This document shows positions 20,679 to 30,143 of a stretch of 64,000 nucleotides of DNA, in pieces; position 1 is the first letter of the stretch; each line of letters begins with the position of its first letter. Both the position numbers and the translations under genes were made by a program. The notes beneath the pieces are model-generated. The model saw only the letters and a program-made list of their open reading frames with translations, was not told where the DNA came from and searched no databases. Origin of the DNA: Rhodospirillales bacterium. GTDB taxonomy: Bacteria; Pseudomonadota; Alphaproteobacteria; Acetobacterales; Acetobacteraceae. The stretch covers positions 899 through 64,898 of the forward strand of contig CANFKS010000003.1 in NCBI GenBank assembly GCA_947447625.1. The letters are read 5' to 3'.

Positions 20679-21155
20679 ATGAGCATCGAAATCGTCAGTC
20701 TGGTCGAGCGGCCGGATCTGGGGCAGGTGGTGGCGCAGTGGCAATGGCAGGAATGGGGGCGCCGGGAAGGGAAGAACGTCGAGCAAATCGCATCGTTCCT
20801 GAAGGCGCAGTGCACCGTCCACAGCATCCCGCAGGCTGTCGTGCTGTTGGAGGACGGCGCACCCGCCGGCACCGCGACACTCGATCACGCCGATCTGGAG
20901 GCGCGACCGGATCTCACGCCGTGGTTGGCCAACGTGTTCGTATCGCCGAATTTCCGGGGGCGCGGCCATGCTCGCCGGCTCGTCCGCCACATCGAGGCGG
21001 CGGCACATGCCTGCGGGATCGCGATCCTCTATCTCCACACCGAAAACGCCACGGCGCTCTACGCTGGCCTCGGCTGGGCAAAAATCGACACGGCGGACTA
21101 TCACGGCCACGCGGTGACCGTGATGCGGAAGGTCCTGCCGGACGGAGCGGTTTAG
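20679..21155 (+). CDS. GNAT family N-acetyltransferase
   Basis: The track ORF from 20418 has a low-complexity leader. ATG 20679 gives a 158-aa protein MSIEIVSLVERPD... with the acetyl-CoA motif VSPNFRGRGHARRLV. Confidence 0.7.
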   Translation: MSIEIVSLVERPDLGQVVAQWQWQEWGRREGKNVEQIASFLKAQCTVHSIPQAVVLLEDGAPAGTATLDHADLEARPDLTPWLANVFVSPNFRGRGHARRLVRHIEAAAHACGIAILYLHTENATALYAGLGWAKIDTADYHGHAVTVMRKVLPDGAV

Positions 21156-21490
21156 CGCTCCTCGTCGTTGCCTTCGGTTTCGACTTCAACCTCGATACCG
21201 TCGGCGTCGTCTTCGAGATCCGAGGTATCCTCGAGGACATCCTCTTCGGCATCCTCATCGTCCTCGACCTCAACCTCGACTTCCGCGCCCTCCAGACCCG
21301 GCACCACGGCAGGCTTCGGACGGCGCTTGTCGTCGGCGATGTTGCCGCCCGGCGCACGCCGCAGCCGGGGCTGCTCGGCGGGCTGTTCGGTGCTGCACTT
21401 GGGGCAGACAGCAGGTTGCTTCAGCAGGTCAAAAAACTTGGCGGCACAGGAGACGCAAACGCGTTTGTTGCCGAGTTCAGGCTTCGCCAT
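21152..21490 (-). CDS. Zinc-ribbon protein with acidic tail (FYDLN_acid / TIGR02300-like)
   Basis: From ATG 21490 it reads MAKPELGNKRVCVSCAAKFFDLLKQPAVCPKCSTEQ (C4 ribbon), then EVEVEDDEDAEEDVLEDTSDLEDDADG. Its stop overlaps the convergent GNAT stop (TTAG). Confidence 0.7.
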   Translation of the reverse strand: MAKPELGNKRVCVSCAAKFFDLLKQPAVCPKCSTEQPAEQPRLRRAPGGNIADDKRRPKPAVVPGLEGAEVEVEVEDDEDAEEDVLEDTSDLEDDADGIEVEVETEGNDEER

Positions 21491-21680
21491 GATTCGCCTC
21501 GCTTGGCGTGTCAGCCAACGGATTGGGTCCCCGCCAGCGTCATTCACGCGATATTGTAAGTTTCAAGACCACGACCGGACCCCAAACGGGTCCTGCGGGC
21601 GCGGCGAATGCCATTGCAGAGGCGCCCTGTCAAACACTGTCGTGCCAGGACAGGGCTGATGTGCTAAGCGCGCCTCCATC

Positions 21681-23030
21681 ATGCACATGCTCAAGCCCCT
21701 CCGCGCCTCTCGCCCTTCGGCCCCCCTCGGGGGCACCATCACCGTTCCCGGCGACAAGTCGATCAGTCATCGCGCGCTCATGTTCGGTGCCCTGGCGGTC
21801 GGGGAGACGCGGATCAGCGGTCTGCTCGAGGGCGAGGACGTGCTGCGCACAGCGGCCGCGATGCGTAGCCTCGGCGGCGAGGTAACCCAGGACGGTCCTG
21901 GCGCCTGGCGCGTGTCGGGGCGCGGCGTGGGTGGCTTGGTTGAGCCGGTCGATGTGCTGGACATGGGTAACTCCGGCACGGCGGCGCGGTTGCTGGCCGG
22001 GATCTTGGCGAGCCATCCGTTCTTCTCCGTGATGACCGGTGATGCGAGCCTGCGCCGCCGCCCGATGCGCCGGGTGACGGACCCGCTGGCGGCCTGTGGC
22101 GCCCGGTTCGCCTCGCGCGAGGGCGGCAGGCTCCCGTTGGCGATCGAGGGTGCGCGCGAGGCGCTGCCGCTCGAATACCGCGTGCCGGTGCCCTCGGCCC
22201 AGGTGAAATCTGCGCTCCTGCTGTGCGGCTTGAATGCTGCTGGGATCACCCGCATCGAGGAACCCGAGGCGACCCGCGATCACAGCGAAAACATGCTGCG
22301 CCATTTCGGCGCCGAGGTCATGGTCGAGCACGCCGGGGCGACCCGCATCATCTCGCTCACGGGTCAACCGCATCTGCGCGCGGCTGACGTGGTGGTGCCT
22401 GGCGATCCGTCATCGGCGGCCTTCGCGGTGGTGGCGGCGCTGCTGGTGCCAGGCTCGCGGGTTCGGGTCGAAGGACTGGGGTTGAATCCGCTGCGGTGCG
22501 GCCTGTTCACGACACTGCGCGAAATGGGCGCCTCGCTCGACGTCGAGAACGCGCGGATCGAGGGCGGCGAACCGGTCGGTGATCTCGTGGTGTCGCACAG
22601 TATATTGCGCGCCGTGGATGTGCCGTGGGACCGGGCGCCGTCGATGATCGACGAGTATCCGGTGCTCGCAGTCGCCGCCGCCTTCGCCACCGGGACGACG
22701 CGTATGCTGGGGTTGAAGGAACTTCGCGTGAAAGAGAGCGACCGCCTGACCGCCACTGCGGCACTGCTGTCGGCCAATGGCGTGAAAGTCGAAATCATCG
22801 GCGACGACTTGATTGTGCACGGCTCCGGTGGCGCGCCCCTCGGTGGCGCGACTGTAGAGACGCATATGGATCATCGTCTGGCGATGAGCGCCCTTGTGCT
22901 GGGGCTGGCCGCGCAAACGCCGGTCTCGGTCGATGACGGCAGCTTCATCGACACCAGCTTCCCCGGCTTTGTCTCGCTCATCAACGGGCTGGTCGGCAAC
23001 GGCGAGGTTCCGGCGATTACCCAGGCATGA
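21681..23030 (+). CDS. aroA: 3-phosphoshikimate 1-carboxyvinyltransferase (EPSP synthase)
   Basis: 449 aa with [12 protein letters not shown] and [13 protein letters not shown] motifs. Confidence 0.97.
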   Translation: MHMLKPLRASRPSAPLGGTITVPGDKSISHRALMFGALAVGETRISGLLEGEDVLRTAAAMRSLGGEVTQDGPGAWRVSGRGVGGLVEPVDVLDMGNSGTAARLLAGILASHPFFSVMTGDASLRRRPMRRVTDPLAACGARFASREGGRLPLAIEGAREALPLEYRVPVPSAQVKSALLLCGLNAAGITRIEEPEATRDHSENMLRHFGAEVMVEHAGATRIISLTGQPHLRAADVVVPGDPSSAAFAVVAALLVPGSRVRVEGLGLNPLRCGLFTTLREMGASLDVENARIEGGEPVGDLVVSHSILRAVDVPWDRAPSMIDEYPVLAVAAAFATGTTRMLGLKELRVKESDRLTATAALLSANGVKVEIIGDDLIVHGSGGAPLGGATVETHMDHRLAMSALVLGLAAQTPVSVDDGSFIDTSFPGFVSLINGLVGNGEVPAITQA

Positions 23031-23656
23031 CCGGCCTCGTCATCGCCGTCGACGGGCCGGCTGCGGCGGGCAAGGGCACCCTGGCGCGGCGCTTGGCTGC
23101 GCATTTCGCACTGCCCTATCTCGACACTGGCCTGCTCTATCGCGCGGTTGGCCGCCGCGTGCTCGACGCGGCTGGCGATCCGCGTGATGCCGCGGTGGCC
23201 CAAGCGGCGGCCCGGGCGCTGCAGGCGGCGGACCTCGCGCGCGGCGATTTGCGCGGCCCGCCGGCGGATGATGCGGCGAGCATGGTCGCGGCGCATCCGG
23301 GCGTGCGCCACGCCCTGGTTGACTTTCAGCGCCGGTTTGCCGCCGAAGCCGGCGCGGTGTTGGACGGGCGGGATATCGGAACGGTGATTTTTCCTGACGC
23401 CCGGGCGAAGCTCTATATCACCGCCAGCGCCGAGGCGCGGGCCTATCGGCGCTGGCTCGAAGTGCACGCCCGCGACCCCTCGGCCACCCTAACGGCTGTC
23501 GCGGCTGAAATGGCGGCGCGCGATGCTCGCGATGCCGGACGGGATGCTGCGCCGATGAAGCCGGCCGCGGACGCGATCGTGTTGGACACGACCACGCTCG
23601 ACGCCGATGCGGCCTTTGCGCGGGCCATGGCGCTGGTGAGCGGCTTAATCGGCTGA
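23027..23656 (+). CDS. cmk: Cytidylate kinase
   Basis: 209 aa with P-loop [19 protein letters not shown]. 4-nt overlap with aroA; aroA-cmk-rpsA gene order. Confidence 0.93.
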   Translation: MTGLVIAVDGPAAAGKGTLARRLAAHFALPYLDTGLLYRAVGRRVLDAAGDPRDAAVAQAAARALQAADLARGDLRGPPADDAASMVAAHPGVRHALVDFQRRFAAEAGAVLDGRDIGTVIFPDARAKLYITASAEARAYRRWLEVHARDPSATLTAVAAEMAARDARDAGRDAAPMKPAADAIVLDTTTLDADAAFARAMALVSGLIG

Positions 23657-23882
23657 TACCGCCTCGCTTCGTCTGTGCCGACCCTGCCCCACCACCGTTG
23701 CGCTTGACTCCGCGCGGACTCCGGCGTTTTGTCCGCGCGCGCATGCCCGAGGTGGGGTGCGCGATCCTCAACCCGGCCTGCGCCGAACCCGAGTGGGTGG
23801 CGCGGGCATGTCGTGCTTTTTCAAAAGTGCGCAAAGCAGATCAGGCTCGCCGTGGCGGGCCGTTCAGGAACACACCTAACCT

Positions 23883-25586
23883 ATGGCCTCCGCATCCACG
23901 CGTCCCTACGAAGATTTTGCGTCCCTGCTCGACGAGACCCTCGGCAAGGACACCGGCTTTGACGGCTCTGTCGTCACCGGCCGCGTTGTCCGCCTGACCG
24001 ACGAATTCGCCATCGTCGATGTCGGCCTCAAGAGCGAGGGCCGCGTAGCCCTCAAGGAATTCGGCCCGCCCGGCGCCAAGCCGGAAGTGAAGCCTGGCGA
24101 TGTCATCGAGCTGTTCGTCGAGCGCTACGAAGACCGTGACGGTTCGATCGTCCTGTCGCGCGAGAAGGCCCGCCGCGAGGAGGCCTGGACCGCGCTCGAG
24201 AAGGCGTTCGAGGCGCAGATGCGCGTCAATGGCACCATCTATGGCCGCGTCAAGGGCGGCTTCACCGTCGATCTCGGCGGCGCCGTGGCCTTCCTGCCGG
24301 GCTCGCAGGTCGATATCCGTCCGGTCCGCGACGTTGGCCCGCTGATGGGCCAGCCACAGCCGTTCCAGATCCTGAAGATGGACCGAGCCCGCGGCAACAT
24401 CGTTGTATCGCGTCGCGCCGTCCTTGAAGAGACGCGCGCCGAGCAGCGCAGCGAGCTGATCCAAGGCCTCAAGGAAGGCATGATCCTCGATGGCGTGGTC
24501 AAGAACATCACCGATTACGGTGCGTTCGTGGACCTCGGCGGCGTCGACGGCCTGCTGCATGTCACCGACATCGCGTGGCGTCGGATCAACCACCCCTCCG
24601 AGGCGCTGCAGATCGGTATGCCGGTGCGCGTGCAGGTCATCCGCTTCAACTCCGACACGCAGCGTATCAGCCTGGGCATGAAGCAGCTCGAGGCCGATCC
24701 GTGGGAAGGCGTGGCGGCGAAGTATCCGCCGGGTGCGAAGTACAGCGGCCGCGTCACCAACATCACCGACTACGGCGCCTTCGTGGAGCTGGAGCCGGGG
24801 GTCGAGGGTCTCGTGCACGTCTCCGAGATGTCCTGGACCAAAAAGAACGTCCATCCGGGCAAGATCGTCGCCACTTCGCAGGAAGTCGACGTGCTGGTGC
24901 TCGATGTGGATGCGTCCAAGCGCCGCATTTCGCTGGGTCTCAAGCAGGTTCAGCGCAACCCGTGGGAGCAGTTCGTCGACGAGCATCCGATCGGCAGCGT
25001 GGTCGAAGGCGAAATCCGCAACATGACGGAATTCGGTCTGTTCATTGGCCTCGGCACGGATCTGGACGGCATGATCCACATGTCCGACCTGTCGTGGGAC
25101 GAGCCTGGCGAGCTCGCTATGGCGAAGTTCGAGAAGGGCGAGGTCATCAAGGCGAAGGTGCTCGATGTTGACGTCGAGAAGGAGCGTATCAGCCTCGGCA
25201 TCAAGCAGCTGGCTGACGATCCCGCCGCCGCCGTGCTCGATCGCGTCCAGAAGGGTACTGTCGTGACCTGCGTGGTCACCGCTGTGCAGTCCAACGGCAT
25301 CGAAGTGAAGGTCGACGACGTGCTGACCGGCTTCATCCGCCGCGCCGAACTGGCTCGCGACAAGGGCGACCAGCGCCCGGATCGCTTCGCCATCGGCGAG
25401 AAGGTCGATGCCAAGGTCGTCGCGGTTGACCGCGCCGCGCGCAAGCTGTCGCTCACCATCAAAGGCAAGGAGATGGAAGAGGACAAGAAGGCGATCCAGG
25501 AATACGGCACCTCCGACTCGGGCGCTTCCCTGGGCGATATTCTGGGAGCCGCGATCCGTCGCCGCAACCAGTCGACCCCCGAGTAA
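23883..25586 (+). CDS. rpsA: 30S ribosomal protein S1
   Basis: 567 aa with six S1 repeats and recurring ITDYGAFV(D/E)L..G(V/L)(D/E)GL(L/V)HV(T/S) motifs. Confidence 0.97.
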   Translation: MASASTRPYEDFASLLDETLGKDTGFDGSVVTGRVVRLTDEFAIVDVGLKSEGRVALKEFGPPGAKPEVKPGDVIELFVERYEDRDGSIVLSREKARREEAWTALEKAFEAQMRVNGTIYGRVKGGFTVDLGGAVAFLPGSQVDIRPVRDVGPLMGQPQPFQILKMDRARGNIVVSRRAVLEETRAEQRSELIQGLKEGMILDGVVKNITDYGAFVDLGGVDGLLHVTDIAWRRINHPSEALQIGMPVRVQVIRFNSDTQRISLGMKQLEADPWEGVAAKYPPGAKYSGRVTNITDYGAFVELEPGVEGLVHVSEMSWTKKNVHPGKIVATSQEVDVLVLDVDASKRRISLGLKQVQRNPWEQFVDEHPIGSVVEGEIRNMTEFGLFIGLGTDLDGMIHMSDLSWDEPGELAMAKFEKGEVIKAKVLDVDVEKERISLGIKQLADDPAAAVLDRVQKGTVVTCVVTAVQSNGIEVKVDDVLTGFIRRAELARDKGDQRPDRFAIGEKVDAKVVAVDRAARKLSLTIKGKEMEEDKKAIQEYGTSDSGASLGDILGAAIRRRNQSTPE

Positions 25587-25604
25587 TAGGGACCACAGGT
25601 TCGC

Positions 25605-26534
25605 ATGAGCCTGGAAGTCGACTTGATTATTGACAGGCGGCGCCTCAAGCGCCGCCTGTTGCTTTGGCGGGTGGTCGCGCTCATCGCAGTCGTGACCGCG
25701 GCGCTGGTTCTGGTCATACCTGGTAAGATGCCCGGCGGAGGCGATTATGTCGCCCGCGTCAGTGTTGAGGGCGTGATGATGTCGGACCGCAAGGCGGTCA
25801 AGGCGCTCACCGAGGTGCTGGGCGATGACCGGGCCAAGGCCCTGGTGCTGTCGATCAACAGCCCTGGCGGGGCGGTCGCAGTCGGCGAGACGCTGCACAC
25901 GTTGATTTCGCGGGTGGCGGCGAAAAAGCCGGTGGTGGCGGTGATGGGCGGCACGGCAGCCTCGGCCGGGTTCATGATTGCGATGCCTGCGCAGCGGATA
26001 TTTGCCCGCGAATCGACCTTGACGGGATCGATCGGCGTGTTGATGCAGACGGGCGAAATGTCCGGCCTGTTGAAAATGCTGGGGATTTCCGATGAAACAT
26101 TGGTCTCTGGACCGCTCAAGAACCAGCCGAGCCTGTCTCGCCCGATGTCGCCCCAGGGGCGCGAGGTGCTGCAGGGATTGGTCGACGATTTGTATGACCA
26201 GTTCGTCGCCATGGTCGCCAAAGGCCGGTCGATGGAGCCGGCGCGGGTGCGGGAACTCGCGGATGGGCGGGCCTATACCGGGCGGCAGGCGCTGAAGCTG
26301 GGGCTGATCGATGCGATCGGCGGCGAGAAGGAAGCGCGCGCCTGGCTCGCGGCCGAAAAGGGCGTTTCGGAGGCGCTGAATATCCGTGAAATCAAGGCTG
26401 CGAGCCTCCAGGGCCGCCTATTTGCGGACGATGCCGAGGGGATTTTGACCTATTTCGTGAAAACCCTTCTGTCTCAAAGCGTTAGCCTTGACGGCGGGTG
26501 GGCACTCTGGCAGCCTCCGCGTGTGTCGAATTAG
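25605..26534 (+). CDS. sppA: Signal peptide peptidase SppA (36K type)
   Basis: 309 aa with an N-terminal TM helix, a ClpP/crotonase-like fold, and the nucleophile region GGTAASAGFMIAM. Confidence 0.85.
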   Translation: MSLEVDLIIDRRRLKRRLLLWRVVALIAVVTAALVLVIPGKMPGGGDYVARVSVEGVMMSDRKAVKALTEVLGDDRAKALVLSINSPGGAVAVGETLHTLISRVAAKKPVVAVMGGTAASAGFMIAMPAQRIFARESTLTGSIGVLMQTGEMSGLLKMLGISDETLVSGPLKNQPSLSRPMSPQGREVLQGLVDDLYDQFVAMVAKGRSMEPARVRELADGRAYTGRQALKLGLIDAIGGEKEARAWLAAEKGVSEALNIREIKAASLQGRLFADDAEGILTYFVKTLLSQSVSLDGGWALWQPPRVSN

Positions 26535-26561
26535 CACCATCGGGCGCGGAGATAGCGAAAC

Positions 26562-26855
26562 ATGACGAAGTCCGAACTTATCGCAGAACTATCGGCGGCC
26601 AATCCGCATTTGCTCAGCCGCGACGTCGAGACCATTGTGGCGACGATCTTTACGGAAATCACGGCGGCCCTGGCGCGTGGCGAACGGGTTGAACTGCGTG
26701 GATTCGGCGCTTTCACCGTGAAGCACCGTGACGCGCGGACGGGTCGCAATCCCCGGACTGGGGCTGCGGTGCCGGTCGATGAAAAGGCGGTGCCGTTCTT
26801 CAAGGCCGGCAAGGAACTGCGGGAACGCGTCAACAAGGGCACGCCGGAGAGCTAA
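26562..26855 (+). CDS. ihfB: Integration host factor subunit beta
   Basis: 97 aa: [11 protein letters not shown]...[29 protein letters not shown], a typical IHF-beta arm. Confidence 0.93.
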   Translation: MTKSELIAELSAANPHLLSRDVETIVATIFTEITAALARGERVELRGFGAFTVKHRDARTGRNPRTGAAVPVDEKAVPFFKAGKELRERVNKGTPES

Positions 26856-27181
26856 TGCTGCTCCGACTGTTTCTGCTGAGCCCTTTCCTGCTCGTCCTGG
26901 TGGTGTTTGCCCTCGCAAACCCGCAGCCGATGCATATTGTATTCTGGCCGTTTGACCTCGCGTTCGATCCGCCGGCTTCTCTGGCGCTTTTATGCGTGCT
27001 CGGGGCGGGGCTGTTTCTGGGAGCTATGATGCTGTGGGTGACGACACTGGGGCTGCGCCTCAGGGCAAGACGGGCGGAGCGCGCCAATGCATTGCTTGAG
27101 AGCGCGCTGAAGCGCGCCAACCGCGCATCGCCCGCCACCATCCTGCCGCCACCAGGTACCGCACTCAGGATGCCGACATGA
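26855..27181 (+). CDS. LapA/DUF1049-like inner-membrane protein
   Basis: 108 aa with two N-terminal TM helices followed by a basic helix. Its start overlaps the ihfB stop (TAATG). Confidence 0.6.
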   Translation: MLLRLFLLSPFLLVLVVFALANPQPMHIVFWPFDLAFDPPASLALLCVLGAGLFLGAMMLWVTTLGLRLRARRAERANALLESALKRANRASPATILPPPGTALRMPT

Positions 27182-27861
27182 CCGGAATCATCGCGGCACT
27201 CGATACTGTCGATCCGCAGAAAGCGTTGGGTTGGGCTCGGGCTGTTGCGCCGTCTTGTGGGATGTTGAAGCTCGGTCTCGAGTTTTTCCTCGCGAACGGA
27301 TGCGAAGGGGTCCGCATGATCAACCAGCGGCCGATTTTCCTCGATCTCAAGCTCCACGATATTCCCAATACGGTTGCCGGCGGCGTGAGGGCGATCCTGG
27401 CTTTGCGACCGGCATTTCTGACGCTCCATGCTGGGGGTGGGCGGGCCATGATTGCCGCGGCGCGGGCTGCCGCTGATACCGCGGGGGTTGATCGGCCGAA
27501 GCTCTTGGCTGTAACGGTGTTGACCAGCTTGGACGCCGAGGCGCTGCACGAGACCGGTGTTGCCGGTGGGCCGCGCCAGCAGGTGCTGCGCCTGGGACGG
27601 CTCGCACTCCAAGCCGGGGCGGATGGGCTGGTGTGCAGCGCGCACGAGATATCGACGTTGCGGGCAGCACTTGGCCCCGAAGCCTTGCTGGTGGTGCCTG
27701 GGATTCGCCCAGCCGGCGCCGATGTTGGCGATCAGGCGCGGACGATGACCCCGCGCGATGCGGCCAAGGCCGGGGCCGACTGGCTGGTCGTGGGCCGACC
27801 GATTACCGGCGCAGCAGATCCGGGTTTGGCGGCCGCTGCGATTGCCGCGGAACTGGCGTGA
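27178..27861 (+). CDS. pyrF: Orotidine-5'-phosphate decarboxylase
   Basis: 227 aa with the IFLDLKLHDIPNTV motif. ATGA overlap with the preceding gene. Confidence 0.92.
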   Translation: MTGIIAALDTVDPQKALGWARAVAPSCGMLKLGLEFFLANGCEGVRMINQRPIFLDLKLHDIPNTVAGGVRAILALRPAFLTLHAGGGRAMIAAARAAADTAGVDRPKLLAVTVLTSLDAEALHETGVAGGPRQQVLRLGRLALQAGADGLVCSAHEISTLRAALGPEALLVVPGIRPAGADVGDQARTMTPRDAAKAGADWLVVGRPITGAADPGLAAAAIAAELA

Positions 27862-28484
27862 CCACGCGGGTCAAGATCTGTGGCCTCAATGATGCGCCGG
27901 GCTTCGATGCTGCGGTGGCAGCGGGGGCTGACTATATCGCCTTCAACTTCTTTCCCCCATCGCCCCGCGCCGTGACGCCCGACCAGGCCGCTGCGTTGTC
28001 GGCGCGCTGCGCTGGGGGACCGCTGCGGATCGGCCTTTTCGTCAAGCCGACGGATGCGGATGTTGCGGCGGTTCTTGACGCGATACACCTTGATATTCTT
28101 CAACTTTATGTCGATCCAGCCCGCGCGTACGCCTTGCGGACGCGGTTTGGCCGCCAGGTGTGGCGGGCGCATGGCGTGAGCAGCGCCGCCGATCTCCCCA
28201 CCAGCAATGATGGTGCCGACGCTCTGTTGATCGAGGCGAAGCCTCCGCAAGGAGCGACCAGGCCGGGCGGCAACGCGGTGAGTTTCGACTGGTCGGTTAT
28301 GGCTGGCTGGCAGGCGCCTGGTGATTGGGTGCTGGCGGGGGGCCTGACGCCCGACAATGTTGCCGAGGCCATCGCCATCACCGCGGCGCCTTGCGTCGAC
28401 GTTTCCTCCGGTGTCGAGCGCAGTCGGGGCGTAAAGGATCCGACCTTGATCCGTTCTTTCATCGCTGCTGCCCGAGCGGCGTGA
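27858..28484 (+). CDS. trpF: N-(5'-phosphoribosyl)anthranilate isomerase
   Basis: The track ORF 27633-28484 overlaps pyrF. An in-frame GTG at 27858 (GTGA overlap with the pyrF stop) gives VTTRVKICGLND... and C-terminal VLAGGLTPDNV. No trpB/trpA follows. Confidence 0.85.
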   Translation: MTTRVKICGLNDAPGFDAAVAAGADYIAFNFFPPSPRAVTPDQAAALSARCAGGPLRIGLFVKPTDADVAAVLDAIHLDILQLYVDPARAYALRTRFGRQVWRAHGVSSAADLPTSNDGADALLIEAKPPQGATRPGGNAVSFDWSVMAGWQAPGDWVLAGGLTPDNVAEAIAITAAPCVDVSSGVERSRGVKDPTLIRSFIAAARAA

Positions 28485-28527
28485 GAATCCACCTTACTGG
28501 CACTTATGGTGGTGCTTTTGCCAGGAT

Positions 28528-28544
28528 AGTTATATGATATAACT
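28528..28544. repeat. 17-bp perfect AT-rich palindrome AGTTATAT-G-ATATAACT (operator-like, function unknown)
   Basis: Read directly. It is the only strongly AT-rich block in the 209-bp spacer between the convergent trpF and aroQ 3' ends. Confidence 0.5.
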
Positions 28545-28693
28545 GTTCGACCGCGATGATACGTCCCGTGCACGCCGCCTGCGATGACGGCATGCTGTCG
28601 GATATCTTCATGGTGGCCGGTGTGCCGCTGCGAGAGCGCAGGATTGTTGCCGGCCGATAGGCGCCGCACCGGCGAGCGCGATGCGGGCCCGGT

Positions 28694-29140
28694 TCACTTC
28701 TTTTCGTCGATCAACCGGGCTATGCGGCGCAGCGCCAACTGATAGCCCTGGGTGCCGAACCCGGCGATGACGCCCTCGGCGCGGGTGGAGACGAAGGAAT
28801 GGTGACGAAATTCCTCTCGCTTGTGGACGTTGGAGATATGGACCTCGATCACCGGTGCATCGAAGGTGTTGAGGGCATCGAGGATCGCGACCGAGGTGTG
28901 TGTGAAGGCCGCAGGGTTGATAACGATGCCGCCCGCGATATCGCGGGCTTCATGGATCCAGTCGATGATTTCGTATTCGCGGTTGGATTGATGGAAGCGG
29001 ATGTCAACGCTGAGTTCGGCGCCAAGGGCCCTGCAGTCCCGCTCAACATCGGCCAGGGTCTCATGGCCATAGATATGGGGCTGGCGTTTGCCGAGCAGGT
29101 TGAGGTTCGGGCCGTTGAGGATGAAAACGAGGCGGCTCAT
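28694..29140 (-). CDS. aroQ: Type II 3-dehydroquinate dehydratase
   Basis: Start trimmed to ATG 29140 because the track extension reads through the palindromic repeat. Reads [25 protein letters not shown]... with the HISNVHKRE motif. Confidence 0.92.
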   Translation of the reverse strand: MSRLVFILNGPNLNLLGKRQPHIYGHETLADVERDCRALGAELSVDIRFHQSNREYEIIDWIHEARDIAGGIVINPAAFTHTSVAILDALNTFDAPVIEVHISNVHKREEFRHHSFVSTRAEGVIAGFGTQGYQLALRRIARLIDEKK

Positions 29141-29166
29141 GGGGTTCTCCGGATGCTGCCCTTCTT

Positions 29167-29216
29167 CTAGGGCCTGATGATTTTCGGCGGAATCGCGAAA
29201 AATCATCAGGCTCTAG
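29167..29216. repeat. REP/MITE-like palindromic element, copy C (imperfect)
   Basis: CTAGGGCCTGATGATTTTCGG-CGGAATCG-CGAAAAATCATCAGGCTCTAG, with one mismatch and a 1-nt bulge in the stem. Lies between the ABC permease stop (29274) and the aroQ start. Confidence 0.7.
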
Positions 29217-29256
29217 AGTGGGATGAATTCGCCGATCAGAAGGCATCCCACTCTAG
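29213..29256. repeat. Second CTAGAG-bounded hairpin abutting copy C
   Basis: CTAGAGTGGGAT-N20-ATCCCACTCTAG, with perfect 12-bp arms. Its left CTAG is the right CTAG of copy C. Confidence 0.6.
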
Positions 29257-29273
29257 CGGAATTCCCCGATTTG

Positions 29274-30143
29274 TCAGGCGGCGGCGAGTTCGCGCCGCTC
29301 GGCGTCCTGCGCGGTGCGGCGTTGGGCGGCCTTACGGGCGTCCTCGCGGCGTTTTACCAACTCGTAGACGATGGTGCCGGCCACTGTGATGGCGATGATG
29401 GTAACAGCGAGGGCACTGATCGCCGGGGTGGAGCCTTGGCGGACGCGGCCGGCGAGCACTGTGGTGAGGGTCTTGTCGGACAGGATGGCGAAGGTGGTGG
29501 TGTTGTAGTTCTCGAAGCTCGACAGGAACGCCATCACTGCGGCCGACAGCACGGCGGGGCGGAGATACGGGATCAGGATATGGCGGAACACCTGGGCATT
29601 GCTGGCGCCAAGGTCCAGCGCGGCTTCTTCGAGCGCGTGGTCGAAGCGTTGCAGGCGGCTGAGGAAGATCAGCATGCAATAGGCGGAGATGAACGATGAC
29701 TGCCCGAGGGCGGCGAGGATGAGCCCATCATAGAGAAAGCCGATCCCGGTGGCGCCCGTGAAGTCCTTCCAGAAGATGATGGTGGAAATACCGATAATCA
29801 CGCCGGGGGTCAGCACCGGGGAGACCACCACGAGGTAGTAGAGGCTGCGGGCGCGGGCATAGACCTGCTGCATCACGATCGCGCCGGCCAGGCCGCATGG
29901 CACCGAGATCAGCACGACGAGAACACCGATCTTCAGGCTGTTCTGCAGGCCGATCATCATGTCCTTGTCGCGGAACAGGATGTCGAACCATTGCAGCGTG
30001 AAGTCCTCAAACGGGATCACGGTGGGGTAAGGTGCTGTGTTGAAGGCAGTGATGCCCATGATGATGAGTGGGCCGAACAGGTAGGCGAAGAACAGAACCA
30101 GATAGAATCCGACCATAACGCGCATCACCTGGCGGGCGTTCAT
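29274..30143 (-). CDS. ABC transporter permease (PotC-like)
   Basis: 289 aa polytopic protein with EAA loop EEAALDLGASNAQVFRHILIPYLRPAV. 4-nt overlap with the upstream permease. Confidence 0.85.
   Translation of the reverse strand: MNARQVMRVMVGFYLVLFFAYLFGPLIIMGITAFNTAPYPTVIPFEDFTLQWFDILFRDKDMMIGLQNSLKIGVLVVLISVPCGLAGAIVMQQVYARARSLYYLVVVSPVLTPGVIIGISTIIFWKDFTGATGIGFLYDGLILAALGQSSFISAYCMLIFLSRLQRFDHALEEAALDLGASNAQVFRHILIPYLRPAVLSAAVMAFLSSFENYNTTTFAILSDKTLTTVLAGRVRQGSTPAISALAVTIIAITVAGTIVYELVKRREDARKAAQRRTAQDAERRELAAA

Noticed and set aside
23841-25898. 685-aa ORF on the minus strand
   Set aside because: It lies entirely antisense to rpsA/sppA. Its composition is dominated by D/L/A/R/G/H typical of antisense frames in GC-rich DNA, and it has no recognisable motifs. 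The sense-strand genes are unambiguous.
28556-28660. 34-codon ORF (MIRPVHAACDDGMLSDIFMVAGVPLRERRIVAGR) in the trpF/aroQ spacer
   Set aside because: It has no SD and no recognisable family, and its length is compatible with chance. It is mentioned only as context for the junction finding.
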